Source: a virus. Taken from it: 64,000 nucleotides of DNA. The first letter of the stretch is position 1. Each line of letters opens with the position of its first letter. Of this stretch, positions 57,525 through 64,000 are shown piece after piece. Under the pieces are notes generated by a model. That model was not told the origin of the DNA. It did no database searches and saw only the letters and a program-made list of their open reading frames with translations. The stretch spans positions 1 through 64,000 of IMG/VR virus record IMGVR_UViG_3300042154_001567; one strand, written 5' to 3'. The position numbers were made by a program, and so were the translations under genes.

Positions 57525-59237
57525 GTGAAAGTAAACAAAATAAGTTTAAAGCAAGAAGGAGGACAAGCTACTGAACAAGTTGGGGCACAACCACAACAAT
57601 CAGTAGATCCTGCTATACAACAAATTTCAGATTTTATTTCTCAAGCAATTAACCAAGGACAAAATGCTGCAGAAGTTGTTATGTCTTTAGTTCAGCAACA
57701 AGTTGATCAACAAACTATTGGTCAAGCTTTAATGATGAATGGTTTTGAAGAAGATGATATTATGTCTTTGTTTGAACAAATGAGTCAAGGTCAACAACCA
57801 GAAGAACAAGTTGGTGGTGAACCTGATCCTGCTAATTTAAATCAAACTCCGGAACAATTAACTCAAGATGAAAGAATGCATGCTGATGATATGTCTGCAA
57901 AAGAAACTGAAGAAGCGGGATTATCTTTAGGTAAATCTGGTATAGAAATTAAACCTGAAAATGAAGGTAAGTTTACTAGATGGGCTCAAGCACGCGGTAT
58001 GTCTGTACAAGAAGCTGCAAGTAAAGTTATGGCAAATACAGATGAGTATCCGCCAGCTGTAGTTAAGATGGCAAACTTTGCTAAGAATGCTGCCGGATGG
58101 AATAAAGAATATGGTGGTGAAAATTATCAAATGGGTGGTGTTCCTCAAGGTAAAGTAGCAGCAGTCAATAATGTATCTGTAGGTAATAAAGATATGAATT
58201 GGCAAAGGGCTCCATTATATATTAATCCAATGGAATTTGAATATACAAATGATAACTTTAGTTTAGGTAAAGCTGCTGCTGTTGCTTATGGTGGTTATAA
58301 AGAATTTTTAAGTGGTGCTGATGAAAATAAAGATGGTATTAAAGATGGTTTCTTTAGAGATGGTTCTAAAAAATCTGCAATAAGGGATGCATCTAAAGGT
58401 AATTACTATAATTATAAAATTACTCAGGATGCTAATGATATAAATAAACAAAATTCAATGATACCTACTGGAGATAATGGTCAACCCGCTCCTAGTATGT
58501 TTAATACAAAACCAGCAACATCAATGATGAATGCAATTCCTTCTGCTTCAACTAATATTCCACAAAAATCATTTAAACAATGGTATAGTTCAGGGGATGC
58601 TATTAGAAATCAAGGTAAAAGTTCTGATCAACTTAAGTCTGAATATGATGCTTATCTTAATAATGGATACATGTATGGTGGAGATATAATGCAATTTGGT
58701 GGTCAACTAATGTCCAAAGATGAATGGATGAGTGAAAATGGAAGGGGTATGATTGGACAAGAGTTAATAGATGAAAATGATTATCAAACTTATGTATCTA
58801 CAATGGAACCCATTCCTGCATCTCAAACAACAAGTATACCAGCATTTCAACCAATAAAAGTAGAAAGAACAAATAATTTTGAAGGTGGTCTTAATAGATT
58901 TATAGATAGTCCGGGTGTACAAGGCTATGGAAAATTGTCTAACTTTGCAGTAAAAGGTGCGGATGTTATTAATGATTATTTTAGAGATAAAAATATTAAT
59001 CAAGCAAGAGAAGATAACTTTAATAAATTGGGTGCTGATTTTCAATACTCTACTGCAGAAGATCCTTTTAATAAAAGAGGACTATTTGATATTAATACAG
59101 GAACTGCAGGAAGTGAAGGAGATAGAACAACTGGTTTATATATGAGCAAATACGGTGGTGAAAAGAATACTGTAAATGTTGATTCAAATTTATTAGCAAA
59201 ATTAATTGCAGCGGGAGCTGACATTGAAATATTATAA
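57525..59237 (+). CDS. Gln-rich modular cargo/ejection protein
   Basis: GTG start; low complexity; IKPENEGKFT..ANFAKNA..W module. Confidence 0.7.
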   Translation: MKVNKISLKQEGGQATEQVGAQPQQSVDPAIQQISDFISQAINQGQNAAEVVMSLVQQQVDQQTIGQALMMNGFEEDDIMSLFEQMSQGQQPEEQVGGEPDPANLNQTPEQLTQDERMHADDMSAKETEEAGLSLGKSGIEIKPENEGKFTRWAQARGMSVQEAASKVMANTDEYPPAVVKMANFAKNAAGWNKEYGGENYQMGGVPQGKVAAVNNVSVGNKDMNWQRAPLYINPMEFEYTNDNFSLGKAAAVAYGGYKEFLSGADENKDGIKDGFFRDGSKKSAIRDASKGNYYNYKITQDANDINKQNSMIPTGDNGQPAPSMFNTKPATSMMNAIPSASTNIPQKSFKQWYSSGDAIRNQGKSSDQLKSEYDAYLNNGYMYGGDIMQFGGQLMSKDEWMSENGRGMIGQELIDENDYQTYVSTMEPIPASQTTSIPAFQPIKVERTNNFEGGLNRFIDSPGVQGYGKLSNFAVKGADVINDYFRDKNINQAREDNFNKLGADFQYSTAEDPFNKRGLFDINTGTAGSEGDRTTGLYMSKYGGEKNTVNVDSNLLAKLIAAGADIEIL

Positions 59238-59239
59238 CT

Positions 59240-61591
59240 ATGGCAAAAATTAAAATAAATAGTTTACCTGCAGGCTTTAAATTAGTTAATGGTAAAGTAG
59301 AAGAAGATCAAATGATGAGAGAAGGTGGTTATGTAACTGGTGATCAAGCTGGTTATGGATTAGTTACTTTACCACAGGAGTATTATAATAATGCTAATAT
59401 AAATACCACAAGAGATGAATCTGTTAGATACAGTTTATCTAGCGTACCTAGAGACAAAGCAAATATTGAAGCTGAGGGTGGTGAAACGGTATTAACTGAT
59501 TTAAACAATGACAATCAATTTGGTCTGTATAATATAACAGGACCAAGACACTCTAAAGGTGGTGTGCCAATGTTTTTACCAGAACAATCTTTTATCTATT
59601 CTGATACAGATAAGATGAGATTTAATCAAGAAGAGCTTACTGAGTATGGTATAGAGACTAAATTAAAAATGACTCCTGCTCAAGTATCTAAAAGATATGA
59701 TCTTAATAAGTACTATGGTACTATGAAAGATCAATTTGCTGATGAGATAACAGCGCGTAGTTCTGAGATTATGTTAAAGAAAAACATGATGGGTTTGTCT
59801 AAGTTAGCATTTGGTCAAGAACTTAAAAAGAAATTTGATGATGGTGTACCTTTAGCGGCTCATCCATACTTAGTTTCTATTGGAGAAGATCCAATTGAGT
59901 TTACTGCTAAGGTGGAAAACATTACTAAGAAGCAAGCTCAGATGAAAGCCTTTGCTGCTTTGCCTCCTGATCAACAACAACAATTAATATTGTTACAAGA
60001 AATGATGGCACAGATGGATCAACAACAACCTCAGCAAGAACAGTCTTTTGAAGATCCTTCAATGCAAGAACAACAATTAGCTATGGCTGATGAAGATGTT
60101 ATGGATAATGAGGAAATGGCAAGATATGGTAAAGAAATAGGAATGTATCAAGATGGTAAAGAAACTCCTAAATTTAAAGCAGATAAAGAAGCTCAATTAA
60201 GAAAAGAAAAAATTTCAAGTCAAAATCAAAAAGGACAAGGTTCTGTATCTATTTATGGTGAAGATCTTATGGGTCAAGAAAAAGCAATGAATGAAAGTCC
60301 TATTGGTTTATATAAATATGGTAGATTATCACAAGGTAATAGACCTGAATTTCAAAATAGAATTGGAAATGCATATGGTTCTGCAGATATTGCTTTACCA
60401 GAATCAAAAGCTGATTTTTATGATAGATGGGGAGATGTTGTAGCAACAATACCAGGATTTGATTATGATAATCCAGATGCTCCTCAGTGGGGACAGTTTC
60501 AAAGAAAAGCTGAAGATACTAGAAAAAAAGAACACATTGCTGCATTTGGTAATCTTGATAATTATATACCTTACTTTAAAGAAAAAGGTGATAAAGGTTA
60601 TGTTAAGGGTGAAGGATTTGATAGTAAATTAGGATTACGTACATACAATACACCACGTTTTAAACTAGGTGATATACAACCTAGTAATGCTACAATTAAT
60701 AGTAATGTTCCACCAGTATCAAAAACTCCTTTAGAAGTTCCACCAGTTAACGAATATATGCCACCTCAACCAGAATGGTGGAGACAAGATGTTAATAATC
60801 TAAATGCATTAAGTTTAATTGATGATAATTTATATTTACCATGGGCACCAGATGCTGCACCAGCTAAAGTAGATTATGTATTAGATGATTGGAGAGGTAA
60901 TGCTAATGCAAATTTAGCAGCTGCAAATACTATGGCTCAAGCATTAGGTGCTGTCGGTGGACCACAAGCTGTTGCTGCTTCAAATATTCAAGGTACGGCT
61001 ATGGATAACATTGCTCAAGGTATTAATAATGTCAATACCAATAATGTGCGTATAATGAATCAAGTAGCTCCAATGCAATCACAATTGAATATGCAAGTTG
61101 ATGCTATCAATCAAGCTAGAAATATGAAAGTTTATGATGATACTCAAAAGACTTTGCAATCTAGTGATAACTTTCAAAATTGGAAGATTGGTAAAGAGAA
61201 TGAATTATTTAATGCTGCACTTACTAATAGAGCTAATACAGCTAATTTAAATTCAATATATGATAATTATTCAATTGATCCTACAACTGGAGGTATTATT
61301 GGATTTAAAGGTGCTAAAGCTCTTCAAAAAGTAGGTAAACAACCTGATTTAATTAAAAACTTTTATGATCAAGTTGTTGATTATGAAAGACAAACGGGTA
61401 AACCAATGCCAGATGCTCTTATTAATAAATTATTTCCAGGACAAACAGCAATTGATCCTGATATAACTAATGCACAATTAGAGGCACAAAGAAGAGGTGC
61501 TCCAATAGGTTATCCACAGACTCAGAGTAAATCAGGAAAAGAAATAAAAAGAATGGTGGTGCCATTCTATACAGGAAAGATGGGAGCATAA
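59240..61591 (+). CDS. Cargo/ejection protein
   Basis: NIEAEGGE..GPRH.KGGV..FIYSD domain; Ala/Asn/Gln-rich helical C-terminus. Confidence 0.7.
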   Translation: MAKIKINSLPAGFKLVNGKVEEDQMMREGGYVTGDQAGYGLVTLPQEYYNNANINTTRDESVRYSLSSVPRDKANIEAEGGETVLTDLNNDNQFGLYNITGPRHSKGGVPMFLPEQSFIYSDTDKMRFNQEELTEYGIETKLKMTPAQVSKRYDLNKYYGTMKDQFADEITARSSEIMLKKNMMGLSKLAFGQELKKKFDDGVPLAAHPYLVSIGEDPIEFTAKVENITKKQAQMKAFAALPPDQQQQLILLQEMMAQMDQQQPQQEQSFEDPSMQEQQLAMADEDVMDNEEMARYGKEIGMYQDGKETPKFKADKEAQLRKEKISSQNQKGQGSVSIYGEDLMGQEKAMNESPIGLYKYGRLSQGNRPEFQNRIGNAYGSADIALPESKADFYDRWGDVVATIPGFDYDNPDAPQWGQFQRKAEDTRKKEHIAAFGNLDNYIPYFKEKGDKGYVKGEGFDSKLGLRTYNTPRFKLGDIQPSNATINSNVPPVSKTPLEVPPVNEYMPPQPEWWRQDVNNLNALSLIDDNLYLPWAPDAAPAKVDYVLDDWRGNANANLAAANTMAQALGAVGGPQAVAASNIQGTAMDNIAQGINNVNTNNVRIMNQVAPMQSQLNMQVDAINQARNMKVYDDTQKTLQSSDNFQNWKIGKENELFNAALTNRANTANLNSIYDNYSIDPTTGGIIGFKGAKALQKVGKQPDLIKNFYDQVVDYERQTGKPMPDALINKLFPGQTAIDPDITNAQLEAQRRGAPIGYPQTQSKSGKEIKRMVVPFYTGKMGA

Positions 61592-61650
61592 ACTTTAAAA
61601 GTTTTATGATTTATCTTGTTAAACTTAATAAATTTTAGTAATTTACAATT

Positions 61651-64000
61651 ATGGCAACATACGTACCAGGAGCAGAAACATATTTACCCGACATTAAACC
61701 ATTTACACCAGACTATAAATTTTTGTCTGCTGTACTTGATGTCAGAACAGATAAGTATAATACTAATTGGAAGGCAACTAATGATCTTTACAATAAAGTT
61801 GTCTATGCAGATTTGTCTAGAACAGATACCAAAGAACAAAGAGACCAATATATAAATCAATTAGCTCCATCTTTAGAGAAGATCTCAGGGATGGATTTAT
61901 CATTGGCACAAAATGCAGATTCTGCTAAGTCAGTGTTCGCTCCATTTTTTGAAGATGATTTAATAGTTAGTGATATAATGCATACTTCTAACTATAGAAA
62001 AGAAATGGATTATGCAAATAGACTTATTGATTCTCCTGATCAAAAGCAAAGAGAAAAATATTCTCAAGATGGAGTAAAAGGTTTACAATATCATATGGAG
62101 GATTTTATTAACTCTTCTCCTGATAAAGCAATTAAAATGGGATTACCTAAGTTTGTTGAAGATGCTGATTTATTTGAATTAGCACAAGAAACATTAGGTG
62201 CAATGAAACCTCCTTTAAAAGTAAAGGTAGATCATTATGGTATGAATCCCAATGGTACAGTAAATACTGATTGGATTATTACAGAACAGAATGGTAATTT
62301 AGTTACTGGTCCTGCATTACAATATATTCAAAAAGCTTTATTAGATGATCCAAGAGTTGTTAGACATTATCAAAATCAAGCTTTTGTAAGAGGTAGAGAT
62401 TTTGCTGCAGAAGGTATGGCTAATGGAATATTTGCAACTAAAGAAGAAGGTCAAGCTGCTTGGGCATCTGAAACTATTAATAGAATTAATCAACAAAATG
62501 AATATTATTTAAAGAAAGATATAAAAGCTTTAGCTAATGCTCAAGATGTAAATGTTAGATGGGATAACTATAAAATAAGTAATGGTGTTGTTCCGGGTTC
62601 AGATGATGAAAAAGCAATGCTTGCAGAACGTTCATCTTATGAAGCTACTAAAGCAGCTTTAGATGCAAAGTTTAATATTCAAAAAACAGCTAATGCACCC
62701 GTTAAAGATTTTGAAGGAACATTAAATAAAGCTTATAATCTTTTAATGCAAAATAATATAGCTAAAGATATGCAAGCTGCTGCTCAAGCTTATGGTGCTA
62801 GAGATATGGAGTATACTATGAAAGTTAATGAGTATGCTAAACAACAAAAGCAGTTTCAATTTGATATGGCTAAAGTTACACAACAACATTTAAATGCAAT
62901 TGAGTTAGCTAATATTAAAGGTTCAATTGATTTTGAATTGGCAAAAGCAAAAGGTGAACTTGTATCTCAAAATCCTTTATTAAATACATTATTAGGTGGT
63001 GAAGCTTCTATTGGCGATGCTAGAAATACAGAATTTAAAGTAGGTCCAGATGGATTGCCTGATCCAAATACAGAAATGTATACTAAATTAATTATTGATT
63101 ATGATAAACCAAGAAACGAAGCTAGAGATAAACAACTTAATGTTTTAACTAATGTATTAACATTTTTAAATCCTGCAGGAGATATAGATAATTCTGGTAA
63201 ACCTACACAAAAGTATACAGTAAAAGTGGAAGGTAAAGATTTTATAGGAACAATTGATCAAATAAAAAATAAACTTGGTACAAAAGACGAAAAGGGTAAT
63301 TATATATATGCATCTGATATAGATAATTTGTATCAACAACAATCTAAAATATTAGATGATCCAAAACAAATGGCTAAGTATCCAGGTAAAGGTAAGACCA
63401 AAACTTATGATGATTTGTATAAACAAATATATTCTGATAAAGGTCTTAATACAACAATTGAAGTACTTGATAAAACATTTCAAACTGTATCTAATAAATA
63501 TAAAAATACTCATGATAAAGCTATAGAATTAGTTAAAGGTGAAGATGCTAACGTTAAATCTTTAATGGAAAATGCAGGTATGCCGGGAATATATAAAACA
63601 CTTCCTAGTGGTGTACAACGTGAATTAACTAAACCTGAATATATTAATAATGTAATATCACTTATTAATCAAGGAAAAGTTAAAAATATAGATTTAATTG
63701 GATGGGATACTGGTACTAGTAATAGCAAGTATATGCATACTGTTAAAAAAGGTACAGGTCAATATTATACTGTTAGAGATGGTCAAGGTGGTACTGAACA
63801 AAGAGAACGTATGACAACAGTTACCGAATTAGATAAAGCTGCTATTGAAGCTGAAGCTGGTTTAGTATATGATAAAATTAAAGCAAAAACTAATAGTGCT
63901 TTAACAGGACATCTTGGTGATAAATTTGAAACAGGAACATTTAAAGGTACTTTGTATGGAAGAACTGGTGCTTCTGATATGACTATATCACCAGTTTATA
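61651..64000 (+). CDS. Large cargo/ejection protein (truncated by window end)
   Basis: Read manually: MATYVPGAETYLPDIKPFTPDYKFL..., apparently open to the window end; absent from the ORF track because it has no stop. Confidence 0.8.
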   Translation, partial: MATYVPGAETYLPDIKPFTPDYKFLSAVLDVRTDKYNTNWKATNDLYNKVVYADLSRTDTKEQRDQYINQLAPSLEKISGMDLSLAQNADSAKSVFAPFFEDDLIVSDIMHTSNYRKEMDYANRLIDSPDQKQREKYSQDGVKGLQYHMEDFINSSPDKAIKMGLPKFVEDADLFELAQETLGAMKPPLKVKVDHYGMNPNGTVNTDWIITEQNGNLVTGPALQYIQKALLDDPRVVRHYQNQAFVRGRDFAAEGMANGIFATKEEGQAAWASETINRINQQNEYYLKKDIKALANAQDVNVRWDNYKISNGVVPGSDDEKAMLAERSSYEATKAALDAKFNIQKTANAPVKDFEGTLNKAYNLLMQNNIAKDMQAAAQAYGARDMEYTMKVNEYAKQQKQFQFDMAKVTQQHLNAIELANIKGSIDFELAKAKGELVSQNPLLNTLLGGEASIGDARNTEFKVGPDGLPDPNTEMYTKLIIDYDKPRNEARDKQLNVLTNVLTFLNPAGDIDNSGKPTQKYTVKVEGKDFIGTIDQIKNKLGTKDEKGNYIYASDIDNLYQQQSKILDDPKQMAKYPGKGKTKTYDDLYKQIYSDKGLNTTIEVLDKTFQTVSNKYKNTHDKAIELVKGEDANVKSLMENAGMPGIYKTLPSGVQRELTKPEYINNVISLINQGKVKNIDLIGWDTGTSNSKYMHTVKKGTGQYYTVRDGQGGTEQRERMTTVTELDKAAIEAEAGLVYDKIKAKTNSALTGHLGDKFETGTFKGTLYGRTGASDMTISPVY

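Larger units (their letters stand above)
1..64000. mobile_element. Segment of a crAss-like (Crassvirales-type) bacteriophage genome, probable Bacteroidota host
   Basis: Gene order TerL-portal-scaffold-MCP, ring proteins, HU/IHF-like genes, muzzle, then giant cargo genes. No tail tube, sheath or tape measure. TAnnTTTG promoter elements; no host housekeeping genes. Confidence 0.88.

Noticed and set aside
7106-61855. Numerous short antisense or alternate-frame ORFs in the track (e.g. 7867, 13540, 19118, 41548, 56354, 56960, 61616)
   Set aside because: They are shadows of long, well-supported plus-strand genes; 61616..61855 is out of frame with the real ORF starting at 61651.
1-64000. Stop-codon reassignment (TAG or TGA), known in some crAss-like phages
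   Set aside because: Long genes are intact under code 11 with dense packing, and no suppressor tRNA is evident.
61651-64000. Calling the last ORF the virion RNA polymerase
   Set aside because: No DxDxD catalytic motif was seen in the visible part; it may lie beyond the window or in a later gene.

Overview
This AT-rich 64 kb window is part of a large podovirus-type phage genome with Crassvirales (crAss-like) gene order. The likely host is a Bacteroidota bacterium: TAnnTTTG promoter elements are present and A-rich leaders lack Shine-Dalgarno sites. Standard genetic code 11 reads the genes intact. Bases 1-6.5 kb are a minus-strand block of small early/accessory genes with two aberrant tRNA-like elements, a probable structured ncRNA and a repeat-rich strand-switch region. 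Bases 6.7-64 kb are a plus-strand late block. It starts with a collagen-repeat protein, small basic proteins, membrane proteins plus an amidase, an HU-like protein, a PD-(D/E)XK nuclease and GroES. Then come TerL, portal, scaffold-like protein, major capsid, ring proteins, a Dps/ferritin-like protein and Cys-rich structural proteins. It ends with three long fibre genes, a vWA/FN3 protein, a metallophosphoesterase, the muzzle and large cargo/ejection proteins, the last truncated by the window end. The most striking unexplained signal is in the cargo genes at 54.9-61.6 kb: they consist of discrete domains (Zn ribbon, DAxRH..MDxxNN domain, lytic transglycosylase, a small helical module) separated by a recurring [AKYFMS]-[QKREM]-x-G-[GK] motif. 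This suggests a protease-processed polyprotein of injected effectors. All functional calls come from motif recognition and synteny by eye; no database searches were run.
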